Shown here piece by piece: positions 7,737 to 17,862 of a DNA stretch of 64,000 nucleotides (positions are counted from its first letter, which is position 1; each line of letters opens with the position of its first letter). The DNA comes from Maribacter sp. (GTDB taxonomy: Bacteria > Bacteroidota > Bacteroidia > Flavobacteriales > Flavobacteriaceae), in contig NZ_JBATHS010000028.1 in NCBI RefSeq assembly GCF_049667165.1, positions 20,591 through 84,590 on the forward strand, given 5' to 3'. Under the pieces are notes generated by a model. It saw nothing but the letters and a program-made list of their open reading frames with translations. It had not been told where the DNA came from and searched no databases. A program made the translations under genes and the position numbers.

Positions 7737-8600
7737 TTGAAAGCACAGTATGAAAAAATAACCGGGTCTGGGGAGAGTTCTTTCAATGCCTTCGTTTATG
7801 AAAATGAAAATTTTGATGCACCTTGGCATTTTCATGCTGAATATGAACTTACTTATATAGAAAAAGGGAAAGGGATACGATATGTTGGTAATAGCGTTGA
7901 AAAATTTGAAGAGGGAGACCTTGTACTTTTAGGTTCGAACTTACCGCATTGTTGGAAAAATTCTCCCCAGAACACTACTCAGGTCAAATCTTTGGTTTTT
8001 CAATGGGATGACCATCTTTTAGGTTCGGATTGGCTGTTAAGAAATGAATTCAAAACGATAAGGGCAGTATTGAACAAGGCTTCGGAGGGTATTAAATTCA
8101 ATGAAAAGTACGCCCAAGGCATATCTGAAAAATTAAAGGAGATTATGGATTTCCCACCTTTTACAAAACTTATTGGTTTTCTACAATTATTGGAGGAGTT
8201 AAGTACTACCCATGAAATGGAAACGCTTACCACTTCTGGTTTTTTACCTAATTTGAATCGGATAACGAACAAAAGAATAGACAAGGTTTATGATTTTGTT
8301 CAAAACAATTACGATAAGAAGATCAAGCTTACCGATGTTTCCTCATTGGTTTCTATGGGTGATGAGGCTTTTTGTCGATTCTTCAAAAAGGCCTTTAACA
8401 AATCGTTTTTCACCTTTATAAATGAATATCGTATTAATCTGGCGTGCAAGATGTTAATCGAAACAAACATGCAGATCAGTCAAATTGCCTATTCCTGTGG
8501 GTATGAAAGTCTACCTTTCTTTTATAGACAGTTCAAAAAGTTCATGGGCTGTTCCCCTTTGGTCTATCAAAAAAAATATGTTCGGGCCTTTTCAAAATAG
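7737..8600 (+). CDS. AraC/XylS-family transcriptional regulator (cupin sensor plus dual HTH)
   Basis: 287 aa with an N-terminal cupin-like region (WHFHAEYELTYIEKG) and a C-terminal AraC HTH (ISQIAYSCGYESLPFFYRQFKKFMGCSP). There is no in-frame ATG near the N-terminus, so the start is the TTG at 7737 used by the ORF track. Confidence 0.85.
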   Translation: MKAQYEKITGSGESSFNAFVYENENFDAPWHFHAEYELTYIEKGKGIRYVGNSVEKFEEGDLVLLGSNLPHCWKNSPQNTTQVKSLVFQWDDHLLGSDWLLRNEFKTIRAVLNKASEGIKFNEKYAQGISEKLKEIMDFPPFTKLIGFLQLLEELSTTHEMETLTTSGFLPNLNRITNKRIDKVYDFVQNNYDKKIKLTDVSSLVSMGDEAFCRFFKKAFNKSFFTFINEYRINLACKMLIETNMQISQIAYSCGYESLPFFYRQFKKFMGCSPLVYQKKYVRAFSK

Positions 8601-8656
8601 AAATGGTTTTCCATGGCCTTAAATGTAAATCATTATATAATTTTTTGGAATAACCA

Positions 8657-8694
8657 TTTGTTGCACTTATTTATACGTGCGTAGTTTAGCTTTG
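8657..8694 (+). promoter_or_regulatory. Candidate Bacteroidota-type promoter for the fucose operon
   Basis: A perfect -7 consensus TAnnTTTG (TAGCTTTG, 8687-8694) lies 44 nt upstream of the GH29 ATG. TTTG/TTG occurs at 8657-8663 as a possible -33 element. This is a motif match only. Confidence 0.35.
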
Positions 8695-8737
8695 GTCAAA
8701 AAAATCTGATTTTAGCGGGACATTTTAAAGAGAAGTC

Positions 8738-10297
8738 ATGTCTATTAGAATTCATCAGCTCCTACTACTTGCCATCCTTACCTTTTTTTTATCTTGCAAA
8801 TCGGATCAAAATAAGACAGAACCCGGTGTAGCGGTTACAGGTTCGGAATTGAAATTTGAACCCAACTGGGAGTCCATCAAAAAAAACTATAAAGATCCCG
8901 AATGGTTCAACAATGCCAAATTTGGGATTTTCATTCATTGGGGGGTTTATTCGGTCCCGGCATTTGGTTCTGAATGGTATCCACGCCAGATGTACATGGA
9001 TACAGCCACCTTTACGGCCCAACTTGATTTGGAAAGTAAAGGCCCTAATGCCACTTTTCTTCATCATAAAGAAAAATGGGGCGATCAAAAAGAGTTTGGG
9101 TATAAGGATTTTGTTCCTATGTTCAAAGCTGAAAAGTTCAGTGCCAAGGAATGGATATCTCTGTTCAAAAAATCGGGCGCCAAATATGTGATCCCCGTTG
9201 CCGATCATCATGATGGCTTTGCTATGTATAAATCGAATACCACACGATGGAATGCGGTCAATATGGGACCCAAAAGAGATGTGCTGGGAGAACTTTTTAA
9301 AGAGGGTCGGGAACAAGGTCTGATCATGGGGGCTTCCTCTCATTATGCATTTAACTGGTCGTTCTACAACAAAAAGGAGCATTTCGATACTGTAGATCCT
9401 GAGTATGCCGATTTGTATTCTCCAAAAGGAAAGGATGTAACCGAGCCTGTATCCGAGGAATTTAAAAAGTTATGGTGGGACCGCACTGTAGATTTGATTG
9501 ACAATTACCAACCCGATATACTTTGGTTTGATTTTTATTTGGATATTCCCGATTTCGCAGATGTTCGACCTAAAATTGCGGCTTACTATTATAATAAGGG
9601 AATCGAGTGGGGAAAAGAAGTGGTCATTAATGACAAGAATTTTGACCATGAGGCTTTTCCGGAAGGAACGGTAATTTATGACCTGGAACGTGGAAAACTT
9701 CCCGGAATTCGAAAATTGCCTTGGCAAACAGACACCTCAATAGGTAAAAATTCTTGGTCCCATGTAGCTAACTGGGAGTCAAAAACAACCAATAGTCTTA
9801 TTGATGATTTAGTAGATATTGTTTCAAAAAACGGAAATCTATTACTAAACATAGGCCCCAAAGCCGATGGCACAATACCTGAAGATCAAAAGCAGATTTT
9901 AATGCAAATTGGCGATTGGTTGGCCTTGAATGGCGAAGCTATTTATGATACCAAATACTGGAAGACATATGGAGAAGGGCCAACAGAAGTCAAAAAAGGC
10001 CATCATTCAGAAGGACAAAACAAGGGTTTTACCGGACAGGACATCCGCTTTACCCAAAAAGGGGATAAATTATATGCAATTCTGTTAGAATGGCCAGATA
10101 ATGGTTTGGTAAACATAAAGTCTTTATCGAGTATAAGTGAGTATGCAAAGGATTTGAAAATTAAAAATGTACATCTTTTGGGCGGTAAGGAAAACATAAA
10201 ATTTACCCGATCAGAGAGTGGATTATCCATTGAGGATTTGGGGGAAAAGTCAGGGGATTTTGCCCATGTTTTTGAAATAACATTGGGTACGCCTTAA
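8738..10297 (+). CDS. GH29 alpha-L-fucosidase, lipoprotein
   Basis: 519 aa with a lipobox (FFLSC). It has the GH29 N-terminal signature KFGIFIHWGVYSVPAFGSEWY, the ADHHDGF motif, and the C-terminal YGEGPTE plus beta-sandwich region. Confidence 0.9.
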   Translation: MSIRIHQLLLLAILTFFLSCKSDQNKTEPGVAVTGSELKFEPNWESIKKNYKDPEWFNNAKFGIFIHWGVYSVPAFGSEWYPRQMYMDTATFTAQLDLESKGPNATFLHHKEKWGDQKEFGYKDFVPMFKAEKFSAKEWISLFKKSGAKYVIPVADHHDGFAMYKSNTTRWNAVNMGPKRDVLGELFKEGREQGLIMGASSHYAFNWSFYNKKEHFDTVDPEYADLYSPKGKDVTEPVSEEFKKLWWDRTVDLIDNYQPDILWFDFYLDIPDFADVRPKIAAYYYNKGIEWGKEVVINDKNFDHEAFPEGTVIYDLERGKLPGIRKLPWQTDTSIGKNSWSHVANWESKTTNSLIDDLVDIVSKNGNLLLNIGPKADGTIPEDQKQILMQIGDWLALNGEAIYDTKYWKTYGEGPTEVKKGHHSEGQNKGFTGQDIRFTQKGDKLYAILLEWPDNGLVNIKSLSSISEYAKDLKIKNVHLLGGKENIKFTRSESGLSIEDLGEKSGDFAHVFEITLGTP

Positions 10298-10329
10298 GAT
10301 AGTGATGTGAGTTAGCTTTCAATAATTTA

Positions 10330-10360
10330 AGAGCGCACCGTAAGGGTGCGTTCTTTAAAT
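10330..10360 (+). terminator. Rho-independent-type hairpin after the first GH29 gene
   Basis: AGAGCGCACC-GTAAG-GGTGCGTTCT forms a 10-bp stem (one G-T pair) with a 5-nt loop, followed by TTAAAT. It lies 33 nt downstream of the stop. Confidence 0.5.
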
Positions 10361-10377
10361 ATCAATTTTAATGTACA

Positions 10378-11391
10378 ATGAAATATATTGTTTGTGAAAA
10401 GCCCGGTGAATTTATCCTAAAGGAGAAAGATGAACCAAAAAAAGTGCCTGGAGAAGCCATTTTGAAAATAAAAAAAGTAGGTATTTGTGGCACCGACTTA
10501 CATGCCTATGCCGGCAATCAAGCCTTCTTTGAATATCCTAGGATCTTAGGTCATGAACTGGCCTCCGAGGTTTTGGAGATCGAGGAAAATGATAAGGGAA
10601 TCAGGCCAGGGGACAACGTGGTTGTTATGCCCTATGTCAATTGCAATTCATGTATTGCCTGTAGAAACGGGAAGACGAATTGTTGTACGAAAATGAGGGT
10701 TTTGGGGGTACATACCGATGGTGGTATGCAAGAGAAGATATCGGTTCCGATCAGTCTTTTGATCCGCACTCCCGATTTGAACGATAATGCTATGGCTATA
10801 GTGGAACCCCTTGCCATCGGGGCCCATGCCATACGAAGGGCACAATTACAACCCGGTGAAACCATTGTTGTAGTAGGTTGTGGCCCTATAGGTATTGGTA
10901 TCATGAAATTGGCTCAAATTGCAGGGGCAAAGGTCATCGCTTTGGATGTGAACCAAGGAAGGCTTCAGTATGCCAAGGAAAAAATCGGGGTTGATCATAT
11001 CGTTTTGGGCGGGGAAGGTTCGGTAGATAAAGTGCGTCAGATTACCAATAATGACCTGGCCACGGCGGTCTTTGATGCGTCGGGCCATAAAGGGGCGTTG
11101 GAATTTGGGCATAACTATATGTCCCATGGGGGTCGATATGTTTTGGTTGGGCTCTCTAAAGGGGAAATTGTGTTTGCACACCCTGCCATCCATGCCAAGG
11201 AAACTACCTTGATGTGTAGCCGAAATGCCACTTTGGAGGATTTTGAACACGTCATTTCCGTTCTGAAGGATGGGAATTTCCCCATCGATTCCTTCATCAC
11301 CCATACCGTCGATCTCGATGAGATGATCAGTAATTTTGATGGTTGGTTGGACCCAGCCAATGGTGTGATCAAAGCGATGGTCAATTTTTAA
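10378..11391 (+). CDS. Zinc-dependent medium-chain alcohol/sugar dehydrogenase
   Basis: 337 aa with the MDR motifs GICGTDLH and GHE, a structural-zinc Cys cluster (CNSCIACRNGKTNCC) and a Rossmann motif VVGCGPIG. Confidence 0.8.
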   Translation: MKYIVCEKPGEFILKEKDEPKKVPGEAILKIKKVGICGTDLHAYAGNQAFFEYPRILGHELASEVLEIEENDKGIRPGDNVVVMPYVNCNSCIACRNGKTNCCTKMRVLGVHTDGGMQEKISVPISLLIRTPDLNDNAMAIVEPLAIGAHAIRRAQLQPGETIVVVGCGPIGIGIMKLAQIAGAKVIALDVNQGRLQYAKEKIGVDHIVLGGEGSVDKVRQITNNDLATAVFDASGHKGALEFGHNYMSHGGRYVLVGLSKGEIVFAHPAIHAKETTLMCSRNATLEDFEHVISVLKDGNFPIDSFITHTVDLDEMISNFDGWLDPANGVIKAMVNF

Positions 11392-11415
11392 AATGAGTTC
11401 AATAATAAAGGTTCA

Positions 11416-12957
11416 ATGATGAAAATATTTAAATTAGGAGTTTTGGTTTTATTGATTTTGGCAATTTCTTTTGCCTGTACCGAAAAACAAGAATCCAAAA
11501 CAAAGACACCACCTACTATTGATCAGACACCCGAATTTAAGGAAGATTGGGCGTCTTTAGGCGAACACAATGAGTCTCCCGAATGGTTCAAGAATTCTAA
11601 ATTGGGAATCTATTTCCATTGGGGTTTGTACTCCGTGCCCGCATTTAGCAATGAATGGTATCCTAGATGGATGCATTTTAAAGACAACAAGGTCTATAAG
11701 CACCATGTTGAAAAATATGGGGAACCCTCAGAATTCGGATATCATGATTTTGCGCCCATGTTCAAGGCAGAAAAATTCAATGCGGACGAATGGGCCCAAC
11801 TTTTTAAGGATGCTGGGGCACAATTTGCCGGACCTGTAGCGGAACACCATGATGGTTATGCCATGTGGGATAGTGAAATCACGCCCTGGAATACGATGGA
11901 TACCGGGCCAAAACGCGATATTACCGGGGAGCTCGAGAAAGCAATCAAAGGCAAGGGAATGAGATTCATCACGGCATTCCATCATGCCAAGAACCTTCAG
12001 CGAAGCACCGAACTTGGCAAGGAGGTACCCAATAGTCATTATCCCTATTTCGAAGGAATGCCCCCAAGTTCAAATGATCCTGATTTACAATTGATGTATG
12101 GGAATATGGAGCCCGAAAAATGGTATAAAGAGGTGTGGTTTGGCAAATTGAAAGAGGTGATAGACAACTACCATCCCGATATCATCTGGTTCGATTATGT
12201 GCTTGGTGATATCCCCGAGGAATATCGAAAAGAATTCGCGGCCTATTATCTCAATGAAGCTGCCCGTAAGGAACAAGAAGTTGTGATTGTACGAAAACAG
12301 CATGACCTTCCTTTGAATATGAGTATTGAGGATCTGGAACAAGCCCGAAAGAATAACATCGGAACAAAAACTTGGATGACCGATGCGACCATTAGTAATG
12401 GTAGTTGGTGCTATACCGAGGACTTAGGGGTGAAACCTGCCGTTGATGTACTTCATATGTTGATCGACATTGTAAGTAAGAATGGGGTACTACTTTTAAA
12501 TGTCTCCCCCAAAGCCGATGGTACCATACCTGAAAATCAAAAAGAAGGAATTCTTAAAATGGGTTCCTGGCTCAAGAAATATGGAGAGGCCATATACGAT
12601 ACCGAGGCATGGTACACTTTTGGTGAAGGTCCTACCAAAGAACCAGAAGGACATTTCAAAAACCATAAGGCCTTCATGAAACTCAAATATTCGAATAAGG
12701 ATATTCGCTATACTACCAAGGATTATTCAATTTATGCGATCGTCCTTGGGGCTGTTGAACCAGATAAGGAGTTGGTTTTGGAATCTTTTGCCAAAGAAAA
12801 AATACACGATGCCCCTACCATTGAAAGGGTAGCTTTTCTGGGTAGTGATGAAAAAATAGATTGGTCCTATGATGAAGAAAAAGGACTTAAGGTCAAAGCA
12901 CCGTCATCACGTATTGATGAAATGGCCACTGTAATAAAAGTAGAAATATCCCAATAA
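11416..12957 (+). CDS. GH29 alpha-L-fucosidase
   Basis: 513 aa with a signal peptide. Motifs: KLGIYFHWGLYSVPAFSNEWY, AEHHDGYAMW and FGEGPTKE. Confidence 0.9.
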   Translation: MMKIFKLGVLVLLILAISFACTEKQESKTKTPPTIDQTPEFKEDWASLGEHNESPEWFKNSKLGIYFHWGLYSVPAFSNEWYPRWMHFKDNKVYKHHVEKYGEPSEFGYHDFAPMFKAEKFNADEWAQLFKDAGAQFAGPVAEHHDGYAMWDSEITPWNTMDTGPKRDITGELEKAIKGKGMRFITAFHHAKNLQRSTELGKEVPNSHYPYFEGMPPSSNDPDLQLMYGNMEPEKWYKEVWFGKLKEVIDNYHPDIIWFDYVLGDIPEEYRKEFAAYYLNEAARKEQEVVIVRKQHDLPLNMSIEDLEQARKNNIGTKTWMTDATISNGSWCYTEDLGVKPAVDVLHMLIDIVSKNGVLLLNVSPKADGTIPENQKEGILKMGSWLKKYGEAIYDTEAWYTFGEGPTKEPEGHFKNHKAFMKLKYSNKDIRYTTKDYSIYAIVLGAVEPDKELVLESFAKEKIHDAPTIERVAFLGSDEKIDWSYDEEKGLKVKAPSSRIDEMATVIKVEISQ

Positions 12958-12961
12958 CGAA

Positions 12962-13792
12962 ATGACAATCGATGCCCATCAACACTTTTGGCACTACAAT
13001 CCTGTAAAACATAGCTGGATAGATAATGCAATGGCTGTGATTAGAAAGGATTTTTTGCCATCAGACTTAAAAAAGGTTTTTGAAGAAAATGATATTGACG
13101 GTTGCGTGGCCGTACAAGCGGATCAAACGCTACAGGAGACTTATTTTTTGTTGGATCTGGCCAAGTCGAATGACTTTATTAAAGGAATCGTAGGTTGGGT
13201 GGATTTGCGCGATAAAGGAATTGGTCCTGTTTTGGAAAAATATGGCGAACAAAAGAAAATAAAGGGATTTCGACATATTGTTCAAGGGGAAGCGGATCAT
13301 AATTTTTTGTTACGACCTGATTTTATGAGGGGTATATCCCATTTGGAAAAGTATGGATACACCTATGATATCTTGATTTTCCCGCACCAATTGGGCGCTA
13401 CCCTTGAATTCGTAAAGCGGTTTCCAAATCAGCGATTTGTTATAGACCATATGGGCAAACCTTATATTAAGGATGGTTTCTTTGATGGATGGGCCATTTT
13501 GATGAAAGAAATTGCCAAGCACGAAAATGTTTATTGTAAATTATCGGGCATGATTACTGAGGCCGATTTCAATTCATGGACCCCCGAGCAGATCATTCCG
13601 TATATGAATGTGGTTTTAGAGGTATTTGGCCCGGATAGGCTTATGTACGGCTCGGATTGGCCGGTATGTCTCGTAGCTGGGAATTATGCCCGTGTAAAGC
13701 AATTAGTAATTAATTTTATTACAGATCTAAGCACAACAGAACAGCAAAAGATTATGGGCGGCAATGCCATAAATTTTTATAATCTAAAGTAA
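12962..13792 (+). CDS. Amidohydrolase_2-family lactonase (L-fucono-1,5-lactonase-like)
   Basis: 276 aa with the N-terminal metal motif IDAHQHFW typical of this lactonase group. The assignment is also supported by its position between a fucosidase, an SDR and fucP. Confidence 0.7.
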   Translation: MTIDAHQHFWHYNPVKHSWIDNAMAVIRKDFLPSDLKKVFEENDIDGCVAVQADQTLQETYFLLDLAKSNDFIKGIVGWVDLRDKGIGPVLEKYGEQKKIKGFRHIVQGEADHNFLLRPDFMRGISHLEKYGYTYDILIFPHQLGATLEFVKRFPNQRFVIDHMGKPYIKDGFFDGWAILMKEIAKHENVYCKLSGMITEADFNSWTPEQIIPYMNVVLEVFGPDRLMYGSDWPVCLVAGNYARVKQLVINFITDLSTTEQQKIMGGNAINFYNLK

Positions 13793-13798
13793 AGCGCA

Positions 13799-14590
13799 AT
13801 GGATTTAGGATTAAAGGGAAAAGTAGTCGTTATCTCTGGGGCAGCAGGTATTCAGGGGAGCATAGGGGAGACCATACTTCAAAATTTAGCGGAAGAAGGG
13901 GCGATACCGGCAGTAATCGATAGAAATGACCGTGGGTTTTCTTATGTGGAAAGTATCCAGAAAAAAGGAATTGATGCCCTCTTTTGTAAAACGGACGTCA
14001 CAGACCCAAAGCAGATAGAAAAGGCAATGAATGCCATCATAGAAAAATATGGAAAAATAGATGTTGTCATCAATAATGTGGGGGTAAACGACGGGGTAGG
14101 ACTGGATGCTACCTATGATGAATTCATGAATTCATTGAAATTGAACATGGTAAGTTACTTTTTAGTGGTGAAACATGCACTTCCTTTTTTAAAGAAATCA
14201 AAGGGAAATATTTTGAACATCGGTTCCAAAGTAGCTTTGACAGGACAAGGGAACACTTCAGGCTATGCCGCTTCGAAAGGTGGCGTACTGGGATTGACCA
14301 GAGAGTGGGCTGTTGACCTTATAAAATATGGGATAAGATCTAATGCCATTATTATTGCCGAAAGTTGGACACCAGCCTATGATAATTGGATCAAAACCCT
14401 TGAAGATGGCGAGGAAAAACTTAAATCTATCGTAAAGAAGATACCCTTGGAAAACCGTATGACAACACCACAGGAAATAGCGGATACGTGCTTATTTACG
14501 ATTTCCGAAAGATCATCCCATACGACAGGTCAATTTATCTTTGTTGATGGGGGCTATGTCCATTTAGATCGTTCACTCTTAACGGAATAA
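13799..14590 (+). CDS. Short-chain dehydrogenase/reductase (fucose-pathway dehydrogenase candidate)
   Basis: 263 aa with a Gly-rich NAD site (ISGAAGIQGSIG), NNVGV, and the catalytic YAASK (YxxxK). Confidence 0.8.
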   Translation: MDLGLKGKVVVISGAAGIQGSIGETILQNLAEEGAIPAVIDRNDRGFSYVESIQKKGIDALFCKTDVTDPKQIEKAMNAIIEKYGKIDVVINNVGVNDGVGLDATYDEFMNSLKLNMVSYFLVVKHALPFLKKSKGNILNIGSKVALTGQGNTSGYAASKGGVLGLTREWAVDLIKYGIRSNAIIIAESWTPAYDNWIKTLEDGEEKLKSIVKKIPLENRMTTPQEIADTCLFTISERSSHTTGQFIFVDGGYVHLDRSLLTE

Positions 14591-14655
14591 GATAAACCTA
14601 TCAGATATAAAACCCAATGGGTCTGCTCATCGAAATCAACTAAACAACCAAATGC

Positions 14656-15999
14656 ATGAATATAACCAAGAAAATACCAGTTGTACCTAAGGAACTATTG
14701 GTTCCTTTTATTGCCGCTACTTCGATATTTGCGCTTTGGGGCTTTGCAAACGACCTTACCAACCCTATGGTCGCGGCATTTAAAAAAGTAATGGTGTTGT
14801 CTAATGAAGAAGCGTACAACGTGCAGTTCGCTTTTTACTTTGGATACGGGGTTATGGCCATTCCTGCAGCCTTGTTCATCCGTAAATTCAGTTACAAATC
14901 GGGACTATTGCTCGGTTTGGCATTATACGCTATTGGGGCCATGCTTTTTTATCCGGCAGCCGAGAATGGCTCTTATACTTATTTCTTGATTTCCCTATTT
15001 GTGATTACCTGTGGATTAGGCTTTTTGGAAACAACCTCCAATCCTTTGATCCTCTCGATGGGAAGTCCGAAAACGGCAACACGACGATTGAATCTAGCCC
15101 AATCATTTAATCCGATTGGTTCATTGACCGGAATGTTGATCGCGAAATTTGTAGTGCTCGACAGATTGCTTTCCGTGGATTATGCGGATAGTAGTGCCAT
15201 TGTGGCCCTTGGGGCAGAAAAGGCGGCCGAGATCAAAGTACATGACCTTGGGGTCATAAGTTTTCCATATATCGCTGTTGGCCTTTTTGTGGCATTGGTA
15301 TTCTTTGTCATCTGGAAAACAAGGATTCCTGCCATGGTCATGGGGGATCATTTATCGATAAAAGAATCCCTCAATAGAATATTTAAAAGCAAAACCTATG
15401 TATTGGGGGTCATTACCCAAATGTTCTATGTTGGGGCACAAATCATGTGTTGGACGGCCATTTTTCAATTGGTCGAATACTTGAACCAATCGAGTAGTTT
15501 GGGTATCGAGGCAACCTGGTGGAATATTACCGCAATGGTTTCCTTCGTAATTACTAGGTTTATAGGTACCGCACTGATGCAGAAGATCAATCCAGCTAAA
15601 ATGTTGGCAATTTTCGGCGTCGCTGCAGCAGCAATGTGTGCTGGGGTAATTGTAACATCGGGACTTACAAGTTTAGTGTTCTTGGTCTTGGTCTCCGTAT
15701 TCATGTCCATTATGTTCCCTACGATTTATGGCCTAGCACTTAAGGATATGGGAGAGGAAGCAAAATTGGCTTCTTCCGGGCTTATCATGGCCATTGTGGG
15801 AGGCGCCTTTTTACCTAAGACCCAAGCCTTGATCATGGATTATGGCGATAGGGTTGATGGAAAAGAAGTTTTTGGCGATATCGTCACCGCCGGTATCCCC
15901 GAAATTCATTTTTCATTTATTCTCCCGATGATCTGTTTGATTGTTGTAGCGCTTTATGGTATGTACGCATTTAAAGTCACTAAACCCGTCATCCATTAA
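14656..15999 (+). CDS. fucP: MFS L-fucose:H+ symporter family permease
   Basis: 447 aa with about 12 predicted TM segments. The N-terminal FALWGFANDLTNPMV resembles the FucP/glucose-galactose MFS family. It sits in a fucose gene context. Confidence 0.8.
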   Translation: MNITKKIPVVPKELLVPFIAATSIFALWGFANDLTNPMVAAFKKVMVLSNEEAYNVQFAFYFGYGVMAIPAALFIRKFSYKSGLLLGLALYAIGAMLFYPAAENGSYTYFLISLFVITCGLGFLETTSNPLILSMGSPKTATRRLNLAQSFNPIGSLTGMLIAKFVVLDRLLSVDYADSSAIVALGAEKAAEIKVHDLGVISFPYIAVGLFVALVFFVIWKTRIPAMVMGDHLSIKESLNRIFKSKTYVLGVITQMFYVGAQIMCWTAIFQLVEYLNQSSSLGIEATWWNITAMVSFVITRFIGTALMQKINPAKMLAIFGVAAAAMCAGVIVTSGLTSLVFLVLVSVFMSIMFPTIYGLALKDMGEEAKLASSGLIMAIVGGAFLPKTQALIMDYGDRVDGKEVFGDIVTAGIPEIHFSFILPMICLIVVALYGMYAFKVTKPVIH

Positions 16000-16018
16000 A
16001 AACATAAAAGTCCATATT

Positions 16019-16366
16019 ATGTCGAAAAATACAACTAGATTCTGTTACTCTTGTGACCTAAAAGACGACCCAAAACTCATTGCGGAATATAAGAAATACC
16101 ATGCCGCCGGAAACGCCTGGCCTGAGATCACAAAGAGTATCAGGGACGCGGGAATTGTTGATATGCAAATCTATCTCACAGGAAATCGTATGTTCATGAT
16201 CATGGAGGTGGACGAGACTTTTAATCCGGAAAAAAAAGCTGAAATGGATGCCAATAATCCGAAGGTACAGGAATGGGAACAACTCATGTGGAAATATCAG
16301 CAAGGCTTGCCTTGGGCTAAAAAAGGTGAAAAGTGGATACTTTTGGAAAAGGTTTTTCAATTGTAA
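16019..16366 (+). CDS. RhaM/DUF718-family sugar mutarotase (L-fucose/L-rhamnose mutarotase-like)
   Basis: An internal ATG at 16019 gives a 115-aa protein (MSKNTTRFCYSCDLKDDPKLIAEYKKYH...) of the typical size and pattern for the family. The longer tracker ORF (from 15956) would overlap fucP. Confidence 0.7.
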   Translation: MSKNTTRFCYSCDLKDDPKLIAEYKKYHAAGNAWPEITKSIRDAGIVDMQIYLTGNRMFMIMEVDETFNPEKKAEMDANNPKVQEWEQLMWKYQQGLPWAKKGEKWILLEKVFQL

Positions 16367-16375
16367 GTTAACGAT

Positions 16376-17851
16376 ATGTTTCAAAAAACAGCACTGGGTT
16401 TATTGATTGTTAGCTGGCTGTTATTCAATCAGTTCGTTCATGCCCAAAAAAATGCATCTAACAAGCCCAACATCGTTATCATTTTTACTGACGATCATCG
16501 ATTTGATGCTGTTGGGGCTTTGGGCAATGGCCAAGTTAAAACCCCGAACCTTGATAAACTGATCAAAGGTGGCACCACATTTACCAATGCCTATATACAA
16601 GGGGCAAATTCAGGGGCGGTTTGCGCCCCGAGCAGGGCCCAGTTGTTGACAGGGCGTGGGGTTTTTGAACTCCCGGATGGAAATGGCCATTATTTTCCGG
16701 AATCAATGATGTCTTTCCCAACAGCCTTTAAGAATGCTGGATATTTCACTTTCATTACGGGCAAATCCCATAATGGTCCTGAAGCTTCTATGCGTGGTTT
16801 TATGGGTGGGGCAACCTTATTTGGGCTTTCAAACGGGTATTATGTCCCCCATTTTAGAATGCCCTACCAAGATTTTCGGGAAGATGGCACCTATGATGAA
16901 GAACACTTGTATTTTATGGCTGGGGATCATCAAGAAATTCATTTGGAGCCAGATTCCAATCTAGAACATATGGGGCCACACTCCAGTGAGATCTTTGCGA
17001 AGTCTGCAGTGGATTTTTTGGAAAGCTATAACAAAGAAGAACCATTTCTTTTATATGTACCCTTTCATGCACCCCATGATACCAGAAATGCCCCGAAAAA
17101 ATACCATGAAATGTATGCCCCGGAAACAATAGCATTACCTCCCAATTATATGGCGATGCATCCTTTTGATAATGGGGATCTTTATATACGTGATGAAAAG
17201 TTGGCACCTTATCCAAGAACAGAACGGGATACGAAATATCAACTGGCTGACTATTATGCAATTATCACTCATCTGGATGATCAAATAGGCAAAGTACTAC
17301 AAGCTCTAGAGGACAAAAACATGACCAAGAACACAATTATTGTATTTGCAACCGATAGTGGTTTGGGAATGGGCAGTCATGGACTATTCGGCAAACAAAA
17401 TTTGTATGAGGATGGGGGTATTCATGTCCCCATTGTCTTTAATGGTCCTGGCATTCCCAAAAATGAAACCCGTAAGGACCTTTGCTATACCTATGATATC
17501 TTTCCGACTTTGTGTGAATTGACTGGAATAGAAGTTCCGTTTTCTGTTACTGGAATTAGTCTGGCCAAATCGATTGAAGATCCCACTAACCCAATGATCA
17601 GAAAAGAGTTATACTTTGGGTATAGGCACACCCAACGTGCCCTTCGAGATGAACGGTATAAATTGATTGAATATCAAGTAGGAGGGAAGCGTAATACACA
17701 ATTGTTCGATTTGCAGAATGATCCTTATGAAACTGCAGACCTGTCGCAAAAACCTGAATTTAATGAGACGCTTTCATTTTTACGGGAACGTTTAAAGAAG
17801 AACAGGACCGAAGGTCTTAAATGGGAAGATGCTTTTTGGGAACAATTCTAA
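16376..17851 (+). CDS. S1 sulfatase (formylglycine-dependent)
   Basis: 491 aa with a signal peptide, the metal-binding motif IIFTDDHR, and the canonical FGly motif CAPSRAQLLTGR. Confidence 0.9.
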   Translation: MFQKTALGLLIVSWLLFNQFVHAQKNASNKPNIVIIFTDDHRFDAVGALGNGQVKTPNLDKLIKGGTTFTNAYIQGANSGAVCAPSRAQLLTGRGVFELPDGNGHYFPESMMSFPTAFKNAGYFTFITGKSHNGPEASMRGFMGGATLFGLSNGYYVPHFRMPYQDFREDGTYDEEHLYFMAGDHQEIHLEPDSNLEHMGPHSSEIFAKSAVDFLESYNKEEPFLLYVPFHAPHDTRNAPKKYHEMYAPETIALPPNYMAMHPFDNGDLYIRDEKLAPYPRTERDTKYQLADYYAIITHLDDQIGKVLQALEDKNMTKNTIIVFATDSGLGMGSHGLFGKQNLYEDGGIHVPIVFNGPGIPKNETRKDLCYTYDIFPTLCELTGIEVPFSVTGISLAKSIEDPTNPMIRKELYFGYRHTQRALRDERYKLIEYQVGGKRNTQLFDLQNDPYETADLSQKPEFNETLSFLRERLKKNRTEGLKWEDAFWEQF

Positions 17852-17862
17852 AATATGTATAA

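Noticed and set aside
8707-8716. A 10-mer TGATTTTAGC identical to part of the 84-bp element, upstream of the first GH29 gene.
   Set aside because: A single 10-nt match in AT-rich DNA within a 64-kb window (both strands) is close to chance expectation, and the flanks do not align. It is mentioned only as a lead.
8789-9382. Long antisense ORFs in the six-frame track, for example 8789-9382 (197 aa), 18392-18883 (163 aa), 25459-25929 (156 aa), 56553-57044 (163 aa), 61228-61698 (156 aa) and 10846-11304 (152 aa).
   Set aside because: Each lies entirely inside, and opposite to, a CDS with strong family motifs (GH29, GH28, GH3, FAD-oxidoreductase, GH2, Zn-ADH). Their translations are low-complexity and carry no recognisable motifs, so they are shadow ORFs.
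14591-14655. A small hairpin (ACCC-AAT-GGGT) between the SDR and fucP genes, considered as a terminator.
   Set aside because: The stem is only 4 bp with no T-tract, and the genes belong to an apparent operon. It is not credible as a terminator.
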